Notes: generated by a model not told the origin, from the sequence alone. Counted from the first letter of the stretch, positions 32,858-42,054 are shown. The stretch: DNA of 64,000 nucleotides from an uncultured Bordetella sp. (GCA_964614015.1 CAZTKA010000001.1:1249-65248), one strand, 5' to 3'. Numbers and translations: made by a program.

Positions 32858-34066
32858 TCACTGCGGGGGCGCCGGGCTGGAGCCCCGCCCCTGCTTCGAT
32901 TGTAGTATACGGTCCACCATCTCAGCCACGGAAAACCATACGTCCCGGGGCTTCGTGATGGTGAATTCTTTGCCGTTGAACACGCGGATGGCGCGGCCGA
33001 TGGAATCGCGCCACGGATTGTCCTGCGGCACCAGATTGTAGTTCAGGTAGAACAGCGGGTAGTCCACCGCTTCGGCCACCGGCTTCAATTCGCTCTCTGG
33101 AACCGGATCGTCCACGTAATACTTCGGACCCGCGAAAATCAGCGCATCCGGCCGGTCGGCCGTCATCATTTCGGCCTTGATCAGATCCGTCAGGAACTCC
33201 ACTTCGCCGCGCTTGTTTTCGAGCAGCCGGGCGTTGACCGCGCCGGGCTCGATATCCTGAATGGCTTGGCCGAGTGCCGGAAAATCGATGCGGTCGTCGC
33301 TCGACTGGCGGTAAACCACGCGCTGCTCGGCGATATTGAAGACCACCACGGAGAACTTGCCCACGCGCGCCTCGCGCGTGATACGCCGCATCAGGGTCAC
33401 CAGCGCCAGCGTGTCGATGGGCTGCATGGCGGAGGACTTCTGGTTCTGGGGGGCGAAGTTCACCATTATTTTGACGTTCAACAGCGGCCCGCGGGTACGC
33501 TCCACCGGAGGATCTTCCAGAAACTGTTCGTGCACGGCGGCCTCCGCCGTGTTGGCGGCAATGGCCAGCTCGATGCCGCGGTCGCGGTCGGGAATTTCCG
33601 CTTTGGTGTCCCAGAAGAAGGCGCAGATACGCTCGCTGCGGTCGCGCATGATCCAATCGATGTGATACTTGCCTTCCCCCAGATCGAAGGCGCCGGTCAG
33701 CGAGCTTTCTCCGCCGGCGTTCTTCTCCAGGCTCGGTACCCGGATATACTGGACGAAATACATGGGGTTGGCGGGATCGGCCTCGGCGGTCACGCGGAAC
33801 AGCATGTACAGCATGTTCTCGTCACCGGCCAGCTCCTTCAGCGGAATGGCCACCTCGTAGCCGCTGTGAAAGCGGAGGTCAAAGCCGAGGGTCGTTTCGG
33901 CGGGTTTGACCCGGCACGGGAGGTCCTTGCGCTCGATCTGCGCCTCCAGCACGGCCAAGTCGGTACTCACCAGGTGCACGGAGTCTCCAACTCCGGTCAG
34001 ACGCGACTGGGCCGGCGCGGACAATGCCGCTCCCAGAATCCAAAACCCGGCCGCCCAAAATCTCAT
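32858..34066 (-). CDS. Hypothetical secreted protein (beta-rich N-terminal half, alpha/beta C-terminal half)
   Basis: ORF 32858..34138 trimmed to ATG 34066 (MRFWAAGFWILGAALSAPAQS signal peptide). The C-terminal half (LLNVKIMVNFAP...LALVTLMRRITRE...KFSVVVFNIAEQ...) vaguely resembles a VWA-like fold but lacks a DxSxS MIDAS motif. Confidence 0.7.
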   Translation of the reverse strand: MRFWAAGFWILGAALSAPAQSRLTGVGDSVHLVSTDLAVLEAQIERKDLPCRVKPAETTLGFDLRFHSGYEVAIPLKELAGDENMLYMLFRVTAEADPANPMYFVQYIRVPSLEKNAGGESSLTGAFDLGEGKYHIDWIMRDRSERICAFFWDTKAEIPDRDRGIELAIAANTAEAAVHEQFLEDPPVERTRGPLLNVKIMVNFAPQNQKSSAMQPIDTLALVTLMRRITREARVGKFSVVVFNIAEQRVVYRQSSDDRIDFPALGQAIQDIEPGAVNARLLENKRGEVEFLTDLIKAEMMTADRPDALIFAGPKYYVDDPVPESELKPVAEAVDYPLFYLNYNLVPQDNPWRDSIGRAIRVFNGKEFTITKPRDVWFSVAEMVDRILQSKQGRGSSPAPPQ

Positions 34067-34176
34067 TCCGCCCTTATTGCAGCACAAAATTCGGTTCGAG
34101 TGCACCCCTCGCCTGCCGAATTCCAGTTTGCGGAGCATGCGGCGCTATGATATCAAGAAACTAATAGACGCCCGCC

Positions 34177-34482
34177 ATGGAAACCGGAAACCGCCGCCTG
34201 ATCCGGCCGCCTCTTGCCCATAACGACGCCAAGGAACAACGGCCTCCCCGCAAGGAGGGCGCTCCGAAAAAGAGCACTCCCCCGGATCAGACCAACGCCG
34301 AGAACTTTTACTACCTGAAACAAATGCAGGCGAAGACCCCGATGACCATCGTGTTAAAGGACGGCGAAGTTCTGAACGGTGTCATCGAGTGGTACGACAA
34401 GAGCTGCCTCAAGGTGAACCGCGAGGGCGCCCCGAATCTGCTGGTGTACAAGTCTAACATCAAGTACATGCACAAAGCGTGA
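34177..34482 (+). CDS. Hfq-like (Sm-fold) RNA-binding protein with a basic Pro-rich N-terminal extension
   Basis: ENFYYLKQMQAKTPMTIVLKDGEVLNGVIEWYDKSCLKVNREGAPNLLVYKSNIKYM follows the Hfq pattern: N-terminal helix, Sm1 (V-L-x-x-G-x-x-L-x-G-x-I-x-x-(Y/F)-D) and Sm2 (YK-x-x-I). About 40 preceding residues are rich in P/K/R. Confidence 0.7.
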   Translation: METGNRRLIRPPLAHNDAKEQRPPRKEGAPKKSTPPDQTNAENFYYLKQMQAKTPMTIVLKDGEVLNGVIEWYDKSCLKVNREGAPNLLVYKSNIKYMHKA

Positions 34483-36308
34483 CTCGCCCGGCCGTCCTGC
34501 TTATCCTCCTGCTCGCCCGCCCACTGGCCGCTCAGGAACTGCAAACGGTTCAAGTCGCCTCCGGGATCGCCGCGCCCACTGACATTCAGCACGCCGGCGA
34601 CGGCTCCGGCCGTTTGTTCCTGGTCCAGCAGGCGGGCCTGATCCGCATTCTAAAGAACGGCACGCTGCTCGCTCAGCCCTTTCTCGATATCAGCGGTCGC
34701 GTGAGCTGTTGCGGCGAACGCGGATTGCTCGGTCTGGCGTTTCCGCCCGGCTACGCCACCTCCGGGCGATTCTATGTGAACTACACCAACACCGCCGGCC
34801 ATAGCGTGATCGCCCAGTACAGCATCTCCGCGAATCCGGACGCCGCCAATCCGGCCAGCGAGATCATCCTGCTGACCATCAATCAGCCGTTTGCGAATCA
34901 TAATGGCGGGCAGATCCGTTTCGGCCCGGACGGATTTCTGTACATCGCCACGGGCGATGGAGGCAACGCCGGCGATCCGCAGAATAACGGCCAGCGTCTG
35001 GATACGCTGCTGGGCAAGATCCTGCGCGTGGACGTCGAGAGCCAGCCCGGCCAGGTGCGCATCCCCCCGGGGAATCCGTTCGTGAATGCGCCCGGCGCGC
35101 GCGGCGAGATCTGGGCCTACGGCCTGCGGAATCCGTGGCGCTTTTCCTTCGACCGGGCCAACGGCGATCTGTGGATTGGCGATGTCGGGCAGAACCTCTA
35201 CGAGGAAATCGACTACCAGCCCGCCGCAAGCCGGGGCGGGGAGAACTACGGCTGGCGGCTGATGGAAGGACTGCATTGCTACAACGCCGCTACGTGCAAC
35301 ATGCAGGGCCTGACGCTTCCCGTGCTCGAGTACCCGCAGACCGACGGGGCTTGTTCGGTGACCGGTGGATTCGTCTACCGGGGGCGCGGATCACCGGGCA
35401 TGCGCGGACTCTATCTCTACGGTGATTACTGCAACGGCCGCATCTGGGCTCTGGAGCGCCAGGGCCCGAATTGGGTGAACCGACTGATGCTGGCCTCGGG
35501 CTTCCTGATCACGACGTTCGGCGAAGACGAGGCAGGCGAGATTTATGTGGCCGATGCGCGCAGCGGAGGCCGCATTTTTCGTCTGGTGGGCCAGCGCGCG
35601 CCCCGCTTCGTCTCCGCCGCGGTGACCAACGCCGCCAGTTTTCAACCCGGTATGGTGGCCGGATCGCTCGCGACCGTCTTTGTGTGGGGTGTGCTCGATG
35701 ACGACGGAGTCCTCGCGGCGGATCGGATTCCTCTGCCGTTCTCCCTCGGCGACGTATCGCTGACCGTGGATGGGATTCCCGCGCCAATCTTAGCGGTGGC
35801 CAATCGCAACGGCGTCGAGCAGGTGAATTTTCAAGTGCCTTGGGAAATCACCGGCCGCACGCAGGCCCCGGTGGTGTTCACCAGGGATGGATTCTCGAGC
35901 GCGGCGGTCAGCGTGCCGGTGCTGGCGCATCAGCCGGGCGTGTTCACCTGGGACGGCTCGGAGGCGATCGTCGTGCACAATCAGGGCTATACGCTGGTGA
36001 CGGCCGGGGCTCCGCTTGAAGCCGGAGAGTTCGCGTTTCTGTACGCAGAAGGCGCCGGCGCGGTTACGAACCGGCCGCCCACCGGCGCCGGCGCTCCGAC
36101 GGTTCCCCTGGCCGAGGCGCTGGCGGGAATCACCGTGACGCTCGGGGGCGTGCCCTGTGAAGTTCCGTTTGCGGGTCTCGCGCCGGGATTCGTCGGCCTG
36201 TACCAGATCAATTTCCGCGTGCCGCAGGGAGTGCCGTCCGGCTTGCGGAACCTGGTTGTCACCGTGGCAGGGCTGGATTCCCCGGCAGTCACAACGCGTA
36301 TACAATAG
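34479..36308 (+). CDS. Secreted PQQ-dependent (soluble glucose/sorbosone dehydrogenase-type) beta-propeller fused to a TIGR03437-like 'Solibacter C-terminal' domain
   Basis: Signal peptide. SGDH-type blocks CCGERGLLGLAFPP, NHNGGQIRFGPDGFLYIATGDGG, IWAYGLRNPWRFSFD, GDVGQNLYEEI and NYGW. C-terminal 230 aa: NAASFQPGMVAGSLATVF...PGVFTW...GLAPGFVGLYQINFRVP. The GTG start overlaps the Hfq-like stop (GTGA). Confidence 0.9.
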   Translation: MTRPAVLLILLLARPLAAQELQTVQVASGIAAPTDIQHAGDGSGRLFLVQQAGLIRILKNGTLLAQPFLDISGRVSCCGERGLLGLAFPPGYATSGRFYVNYTNTAGHSVIAQYSISANPDAANPASEIILLTINQPFANHNGGQIRFGPDGFLYIATGDGGNAGDPQNNGQRLDTLLGKILRVDVESQPGQVRIPPGNPFVNAPGARGEIWAYGLRNPWRFSFDRANGDLWIGDVGQNLYEEIDYQPAASRGGENYGWRLMEGLHCYNAATCNMQGLTLPVLEYPQTDGACSVTGGFVYRGRGSPGMRGLYLYGDYCNGRIWALERQGPNWVNRLMLASGFLITTFGEDEAGEIYVADARSGGRIFRLVGQRAPRFVSAAVTNAASFQPGMVAGSLATVFVWGVLDDDGVLAADRIPLPFSLGDVSLTVDGIPAPILAVANRNGVEQVNFQVPWEITGRTQAPVVFTRDGFSSAAVSVPVLAHQPGVFTWDGSEAIVVHNQGYTLVTAGAPLEAGEFAFLYAEGAGAVTNRPPTGAGAPTVPLAEALAGITVTLGGVPCEVPFAGLAPGFVGLYQINFRVPQGVPSGLRNLVVTVAGLDSPAVTTRIQ

Positions 36309-36399
36309 CTCCAATGTCTTGGCACCCGGCGACCTGCTCGGCCATTACAGGATCCTTGCGCCAACCGGCGAGGGCGGGATGTACCGCGCGACACCGAGC

Positions 36400-36801
36400 T
36401 CAAATCGGCGCCGCGCGGCGGCGGTAGCTCGCCACAAACGCGCGGGCCTGCGCCGCCAACACTTCGCGGCCTTCGGCGCCCGCTAGATCGCCGCGGTATT
36501 CGAGCGCTCCGTGCTCGACCGGCGCATGGTCCCGCTCCAGCACATACACGAAGCGGATGCATCCGTCCTCGGCGCCGGTGATCGAAAATCGCACCGCATC
36601 GGCCGGGGCATCCGCCGGGAAACAATCGCATTCTCCCTTCGCGTATCCGCGATTGCACAGCTCGCGCTGCCGGCGTTCCGGCGGTTCAAGGGTCCTATCC
36701 GGCCGGGCGCGGCAGACGCCCGCGAAGAAGGCTCCGAGCGGCGTCCGCGCCACGGCGGGGTCTTGCAGAGCGCGCACCGGCAGGAAAAACGGGCAAGCCA
36801 C
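36400..36801 (-). CDS. Hypothetical Cys-rich cytoplasmic protein
   Basis: GTG start. (M)ACPFFLPV...GVCRAR...ELCNRGYAKGECDCFP...DGCIRFVYVLERDHAPVEHGALEY. Third-position G/C bias favours this frame over the overlapping + and - ORFs. Confidence 0.6.
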   Translation of the reverse strand: MACPFFLPVRALQDPAVARTPLGAFFAGVCRARPDRTLEPPERRQRELCNRGYAKGECDCFPADAPADAVRFSITGAEDGCIRFVYVLERDHAPVEHGALEYRGDLAGAEGREVLAAQARAFVASYRRRAAPI

Positions 36802-36819
36802 GGCGGTATCCTAACAGAG

Positions 36820-37128
36820 TTGGAACCCTCGCGTACAGAAATCCTGAAGCAGATGCTGGCGGCCGATCCCGCCAACACCTTCGCCCGCTATGGCCTGGCC
36901 ATGGAGTACGTGAAAGCTGGCGACTTGGCCGCGGCCGTGGCCGAGTTCGATGCTCTGCTGGGCCGCTCGCCCGATTATTCGGCGGCGTACTTTCATGGCG
37001 GCCAGGCGCTCGAACAGCTAGGCCGCCTTGAGGAGGCCCGTGCGTATTATCGCCGGGGGATCGCTGTCACGCGCGATCCTCACGCGCTCAGCGAACTGCA
37101 AGCCGCTCTCGATATACTAGGAGACTAG
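36820..37128 (+). CDS. Small TPR-repeat protein
   Basis: Only the C-terminal third of ORF 36511..37128 looks protein-like: ARYGLAMEYVKAGDLAAAVAEFDALLGRSPDYSAAYFHGGQALEQLGRLEEARAYYRRGI (two TPRs). Start is either TTG 36820 or ATG 36853. Confidence 0.6.
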   Translation: MEPSRTEILKQMLAADPANTFARYGLAMEYVKAGDLAAAVAEFDALLGRSPDYSAAYFHGGQALEQLGRLEEARAYYRRGIAVTRDPHALSELQAALDILGD

Positions 37129-37136
37129 AGGTTTTT

Positions 37137-38633
37137 TTGCGACGACTCGCGCTGCTTCCGCTGCTGCTTTTCCTGGCGGCCCCTCTTGCGCGCCCGCAGG
37201 CCGCGCCCAGCGAGCACCTGGGGCAGTTGGCCGGCAGCCCTACGATGTTCGCCGTCCTGGCCGCGATCAACGCGGCGGGCTACGACGACCAGATCGATTC
37301 GCCCACCAACCACCCGCTGCGGAGGCAGTTGCGCGATTATCTCGCCCGCCAGAATATCCCCAGCCTCGGCGCCCTCCGCCGTTTCGTCCGCGATCACAAG
37401 AAGGCCAACCCAGTCGAGGAGCTGAGCCAATACATCTCCTTCTCGCTGGTCAGCAAGGGCGCGCCCGATTTCACGCCGGCCCAGCCCAACGTGCCGCAAC
37501 CGCCCGAGGCAGAAGCGCTGAAGGACCTCGCTCCGCTGCTCGCGGCGTTTTACCGCGAAGCCAACGTGGCCTCCCTTTGGCAGCAGGTGCAGCCCTACTA
37601 TGATCGGGCCCTGGAACAGTATGCCGATCCGGTCACCTTAGCCGTGCAGCAGGCCAACGCTTACCTGCGGCACGCTGTCAACGCCGGATCGAAAGCCCGC
37701 TTCCAGGTCTTCCTGGATTTGCTGGGCGCCCCGAATCAAGTGCACACCCGCGTTTATCTGGATCAGTATTTCGTCGTGATCACGCCGTCCAGCGACGTTC
37801 GCCTGGATGAGATCCGGCACCACTACCTGCACTTTCTCTCCGACGGCCTGCCCTTCCGCGCCGCCGAAAATTTGAACAAGATCCGCTCGCTCGGCGATTA
37901 TGCGCTGGCATCCCCGATCCTGGAGCAGCGCTACAAGGAGGATTTCAACCTCCTGGCGACCGAATGTTTCATCAAGGCCGTGGAGGCTCGCCTGACGCGG
38001 GAGTCCGGACTGGTGGATCGCGCGCTGAGGGAAGGCTATGTGCTAACGCCGGCTTTCTTCGAGCTGCTGCCCAACTACGAAAAGCAGGAATCAATCATGC
38101 GGGTCTATTTTCCGGAGCTGGTCGCCGGCATCGACATGCGGCGCGAGGCGCAGCGCCTGGACAATATTCCGTTCGCGACGGAGAAGTTTGTGCGCACCAC
38201 GCGCGTGGTGACCGAGGTGAAGCCGCCTCCGCCAGCCGGAATTGCCAAGGTTTTGGAAGACGCCGAAGACCTGTTCCGGGCCGGCATGATCGACAAGGCC
38301 AAGGAGGGCTTTGACCGGGCCCTGGCCGAGGCGGCCGAGAAACCGGCCCAGGCGAGGGCGTATTATGGATTAGCGCGGGTTGCCGTGATGCAGCGGGATC
38401 CGGAAACGGCGGACCGGTTGTTCCGCAAGGCGCTCGATTTCGAGCCGGATGCGGCCACGAAAGCGTGGAGCCTGCTATACATCGGAAAGCTGTCGGATTC
38501 CCAAGGTGAAGCGGAACCAGCGAAGGATTTCTACCGCCAGGCACTGGCTGTGGACGGCTTGCCCGACCAGGTGAAGCGGGAGGCCGAACAAGGCCTAGCT
38601 GGCGCGTTTCGGCGTCCCCGGCGGGAACAATAG
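37137..38633 (+). CDS. Secreted hypothetical protein with C-terminal TPR repeats
   Basis: TTG start with GAGG upstream. Signal peptide MRRLALLPLLLFLAAPLARPQA. C-terminal ARAYYGLARVAVMQRDPETADRLFRKALDFEPD... TPRs. Confidence 0.8.
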   Translation: MRRLALLPLLLFLAAPLARPQAAPSEHLGQLAGSPTMFAVLAAINAAGYDDQIDSPTNHPLRRQLRDYLARQNIPSLGALRRFVRDHKKANPVEELSQYISFSLVSKGAPDFTPAQPNVPQPPEAEALKDLAPLLAAFYREANVASLWQQVQPYYDRALEQYADPVTLAVQQANAYLRHAVNAGSKARFQVFLDLLGAPNQVHTRVYLDQYFVVITPSSDVRLDEIRHHYLHFLSDGLPFRAAENLNKIRSLGDYALASPILEQRYKEDFNLLATECFIKAVEARLTRESGLVDRALREGYVLTPAFFELLPNYEKQESIMRVYFPELVAGIDMRREAQRLDNIPFATEKFVRTTRVVTEVKPPPPAGIAKVLEDAEDLFRAGMIDKAKEGFDRALAEAAEKPAQARAYYGLARVAVMQRDPETADRLFRKALDFEPDAATKAWSLLYIGKLSDSQGEAEPAKDFYRQALAVDGLPDQVKREAEQGLAGAFRRPRREQ

Positions 38634-38674
38634 GTTCGGCGGGAACAATAAAGTCTTAAGGAGCAGTAAACCAG

Positions 38675-39472
38675 ATGAAGAACGTAATGAGATTGGCCGC
38701 CGTGGCCGTAATGCTCACGGTGAGCGCATGGGCCCAGCAGTTGCCGGGAGCGCCTTCCATCGGCGGCCCCTCGCCTGAGGAACTCGCCGAGGTGCAGAAG
38801 ATCGCTGGCATGCAGATCCAGACCGTGGCGGATGTTGACGCCCAGGTCAAGGCGATCGACGCGTTCGTGCAAAATTACCCTTCCAGCCAGTTCAAGGGAT
38901 TTATGCTGGGTCTGGCGGGCGAGGCCAGCCAAAGGAAGGGCGACCGCGCCAAAGCTCTTTTCTATTACGAAGAGGTGCTGAAGATCGAACCGAAAGATTA
39001 CCAGTCGATCAACGCGATGCTAATGATCGCCGCGGAAACGGCGCAGGACACTCCGGAATTCGCTCTGAACAAGGAGCAGCGGCTGGGGCGGGCTGAGAAA
39101 CTGGCCAACGACGCCATCGCGATGCTGGACGCCGTGGCCAAGCCGAATCCCCAAGTCACCGAGGAGCAGTGGACGGCTGCGAAGAAAGACGACCGGGCGC
39201 GCGCGCATGAAGCGCTCGGCATGATCGCAATGGCGCGCAAGAACTGGAATGCCGCCGCCGAGGAGTTCCGGAAGGCCATCGACTCCGCGGCGAATCCGCA
39301 AATCACCGCGCCGATTCGTCTGGGCGGCGCGCTGAATGAGGCCGGAAAGTACGACGAAGCGATCGCGGCGTTGAATACAGTGCTCGCAATGCAGGGCGTG
39401 CCGGATCAAATCAGGCAGGTCGCCGAAAACGAGAAGAAGCGCTCCGAGCAGTTGAAGGCCGCCAAGAAGTAA
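38675..39472 (+). CDS. Secreted TPR-repeat protein
   Basis: AAGGAG RBS. Signal peptide MKNVMRLAAVAVMLTVSAWAQQ. TPR-like KALFYYEEVLKIEPKDYQS.... Confidence 0.8.
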   Translation: MKNVMRLAAVAVMLTVSAWAQQLPGAPSIGGPSPEELAEVQKIAGMQIQTVADVDAQVKAIDAFVQNYPSSQFKGFMLGLAGEASQRKGDRAKALFYYEEVLKIEPKDYQSINAMLMIAAETAQDTPEFALNKEQRLGRAEKLANDAIAMLDAVAKPNPQVTEEQWTAAKKDDRARAHEALGMIAMARKNWNAAAEEFRKAIDSAANPQITAPIRLGGALNEAGKYDEAIAALNTVLAMQGVPDQIRQVAENEKKRSEQLKAAKK

Positions 39473-39492
39473 CCTCCCGCTGTACCATTTGC

Positions 39493-40206
39493 ATGACCGG
39501 AGACCTGGCGGTCTTGGAGGGGGCTATCGGGCATCGGTTCACCGATCGCGCGCTACTGGAGCGCGCGCTGACCCACAAATCGCGCGCCCATGAAGTGAGC
39601 GGTCAGACGGCGCCCGGCTGCGACAACGAGCAGTTGGAATTCCTGGGTGATGCGATCCTCGGTTTCCTCGTCAGCGAATCTCTGGTGCGGCGTTTCCCGG
39701 ATGCCGGCGAAGGCCGCCTTTCCAAACTGAAAGCGCACTTGGTGAGCGCCGCGCATCTGCACCGCGTGGCGCAGGAACTGGGGCTGGGCGACTATCTCTA
39801 CCTGGGCCGCGGCGAAGAACGGAGTGGCGGACGCGCCAAGAAAACCTTGCTCTCCGACGCGCTGGAAGCTTTGATCGCCGGGATGTATCTCGACGGCGGA
39901 CTGGCGCCCGCGCGGTCATTCATCGAAGCCCGCATTGTGGGAGAAGGCGTTTTCGCAGGAGCCGGAGCCGAATCCTCCGTCCACGACTACAAGAGCGCCT
40001 TGCAGGAGGCCGCGCAGTCGCTGGCCTTGCCGCCGCCCCGTTATACGACGACAAACGAGGAGGGGCCGGACCACTCGAAACTGTTTACGGTGGAGGTCCG
40101 GCTGGGTACGGCTTGGGTGGCTCGCGCGCAGGGGCCGTCCAAGAAGGAGGCTGGACAGAAGGCGGCAAGGGAAATCTTGCGGCAGATCGCGGCCGCCGGG
40201 ACCTGA
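39493..40206 (+). CDS. rnc: Ribonuclease III
   Basis: Signature NEQLEFLGDAILGFLVSE. C-terminal dsRBD (DYKSALQE...GPDHSKLFTVEV...GPSKKEAGQKAA). Confidence 0.95.
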   Translation: MTGDLAVLEGAIGHRFTDRALLERALTHKSRAHEVSGQTAPGCDNEQLEFLGDAILGFLVSESLVRRFPDAGEGRLSKLKAHLVSAAHLHRVAQELGLGDYLYLGRGEERSGGRAKKTLLSDALEALIAGMYLDGGLAPARSFIEARIVGEGVFAGAGAESSVHDYKSALQEAAQSLALPPPRYTTTNEEGPDHSKLFTVEVRLGTAWVARAQGPSKKEAGQKAAREILRQIAAAGT

Positions 40207-40240
40207 GCCAAGTCACGCCCATCACCCCCAAGCGCTCGGG

Positions 40241-40269
40241 TTGACAACTCGAGACCTCTTCGCTATAGT
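40241..40269 (+). promoter_or_regulatory. Near-consensus sigma70 promoter upstream of rpsA (TTGACA-17 nt-TATAGT)
   Basis: -35 TTGACA at 40241-40246, exact 17-nt spacer, -10 TATAGT at 40264-40269. It lies 38 nt before ATG 40308. Confidence 0.6.
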
Positions 40270-40307
40270 CTAAAGTGCTGTCCTATCAATAGGTTGTCGC
40301 TGAATTG

Positions 40308-42047
40308 ATGGAGACGCCCAGCGAGATGATGAACGACACCGAATTCCGCGAATTTGAAGCTGGCGTCCCAGGCGAGAGCGACCTGGAACACCTGATGGAG
40401 GACTATAGCCATCTGGCTCCTCCGGCCGCGGGTGAACTCCTGCAAGGCCACGTTGTTTCGATCACCGGAAGCGACGTAATTGTCGATTTCGGGTACAAAC
40501 TGGAGGGGATTGTTCCACTCGAGCAATTCCGGCAGCCGGATGGGTCGATCTCAATCAAGCCCGGCGACGCCGTCGATGTCATGGTCGAACGCGGTGGGCC
40601 GCCCCAGGAAGGCTACGTCCTGCTGAGTTACTCGAAGGCGGCCAAGCTGAGGGTCTGGGATACGCTGGAGCGGGCCATGCGCGAGCAGTTGCTGGTATCC
40701 GGGCGCGTAACGGGGCGCACCAAAGGAGGGCTCCTGGTCGACGTGGGCACGGAAGCGTTCATGCCCAGCTCGCAGGTCGATGTGCGTCCCCTGCATGACC
40801 TCGACCAGTTCATCGGGCAGGATATTCCGGTCAAAGTCCTGAAAGTGAACCGCCGCCGCGGAAATGTAGTGGTTTCGCGGAAACTGGCCCTCGAAGAGGA
40901 GTTGAAAGCTCGCAAGAGCATCGCGCTGGAGCATCTGAGCGAGGGCGCCATCGTCACGGGCGTGGTGAAAAACCTGACCGACTACGGCGCCTTCGTGGAT
41001 TTGGGCGGCATCGACGGCTTGCTGCACGTCAGCGACATGTCGCACGGCCGGGTGAGCCATCCTTCCGAGGTCGTGCAGCCCGGCCAGGAGATCACCGCCA
41101 AGGTCTTGAAATTCGACCGCGAGCGGGAGCGGGTCTCGCTGGGATTGCGGCAGATGATCCCGGACCCGTGGGAGAGTCTGGCGGAGCGGCTGCCGGCCGG
41201 ATCCCGCATCGTGGGCCGCGTGATGAGCATTACCGACTACGGAGCCTTCGTCGAAATCGAGCCGGGCGTCGAGGGACTGATTCACGTCTCCGAGATGACC
41301 TGGAGCCGCAGAATGAAGCATCCCTCCAAGGTCGTCAAAGTAGGAGATCAGGTCGAGGCGGTGGTGCTCGAAGTAAAGCCCAGGGAGCGCCGTGTTTCTC
41401 TCGGCATCAAACAACTGGAGCCGGATCCCTGGACGACGGTCGCCGACCGTTATAGCATCGGCAGCGTGGTGGAAGGCCGCGTCCGCAAGCTGACGGATTT
41501 CGGGGCTTTCCTGGAGATCGAGGAAGGCATCGACGGATTGGTGCATGTGTCCGATATTTCCTGGACCAAGCACATCAAACACCCTTCCGAGATGCTGCGC
41601 AAGGGCCAGGTGATGCAGGCTGTGATTCTCAGTATCGACGCGCCCAACCGGCGCCTGTCGCTCGGGATCAAGCAACTGCAGCCGGATGCCTGGGAGAGCT
41701 TCTTTCGCTCTCACGAAGTGGGAGACCTGGTGCGGGGCAAGGTCATCCGGGCGGCGGCGTTCGGCGTGTTCGTGGAGCTTGCGCCGGGCGTCGAAGCGCT
41801 GTGTCACAAATCGGAAATCCCGGCCATGCCGGCCCGCGAGGAAGACGGCGGCGCGCTGCTGCCCATCGGAGAAGAGTACGATTTCAAGATCGTGAAGATG
41901 AACGAAGCAGAAAAGAAGATCGGGTTGAGTTTGCGCGCCGTAGCCGAGGATGAAGAGCGGACGCGCCTGGAAGATTACCAGCGGCAGGCCGCGGCCGCCA
42001 CGATGACCATCGAAGAAGCCATGAACATGCGAAAAGGGGATCGTTGA
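40308..42047 (+). CDS. rpsA: 30S ribosomal protein S1
   Basis: Six S1 repeats (e.g. GVVKNLTDYGAFVDLGGIDGLLHVSDMS). Start taken as ATG 40308; the track begins at TTG 40305. Confidence 0.97.
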   Translation: METPSEMMNDTEFREFEAGVPGESDLEHLMEDYSHLAPPAAGELLQGHVVSITGSDVIVDFGYKLEGIVPLEQFRQPDGSISIKPGDAVDVMVERGGPPQEGYVLLSYSKAAKLRVWDTLERAMREQLLVSGRVTGRTKGGLLVDVGTEAFMPSSQVDVRPLHDLDQFIGQDIPVKVLKVNRRRGNVVVSRKLALEEELKARKSIALEHLSEGAIVTGVVKNLTDYGAFVDLGGIDGLLHVSDMSHGRVSHPSEVVQPGQEITAKVLKFDRERERVSLGLRQMIPDPWESLAERLPAGSRIVGRVMSITDYGAFVEIEPGVEGLIHVSEMTWSRRMKHPSKVVKVGDQVEAVVLEVKPRERRVSLGIKQLEPDPWTTVADRYSIGSVVEGRVRKLTDFGAFLEIEEGIDGLVHVSDISWTKHIKHPSEMLRKGQVMQAVILSIDAPNRRLSLGIKQLQPDAWESFFRSHEVGDLVRGKVIRAAAFGVFVELAPGVEALCHKSEIPAMPAREEDGGALLPIGEEYDFKIVKMNEAEKKIGLSLRAVAEDEERTRLEDYQRQAAAATMTIEEAMNMRKGDR

Positions 42048-42054
42048 AAATTTT

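Noticed and set aside
36511-36819. N-terminal two-thirds of plus-strand ORF 36511..37128
   Set aside because: The translation is Arg-rich and non-protein-like, and it overlaps the better-supported minus-strand Cys-rich gene. Only the TPR-containing C-terminal part is kept.
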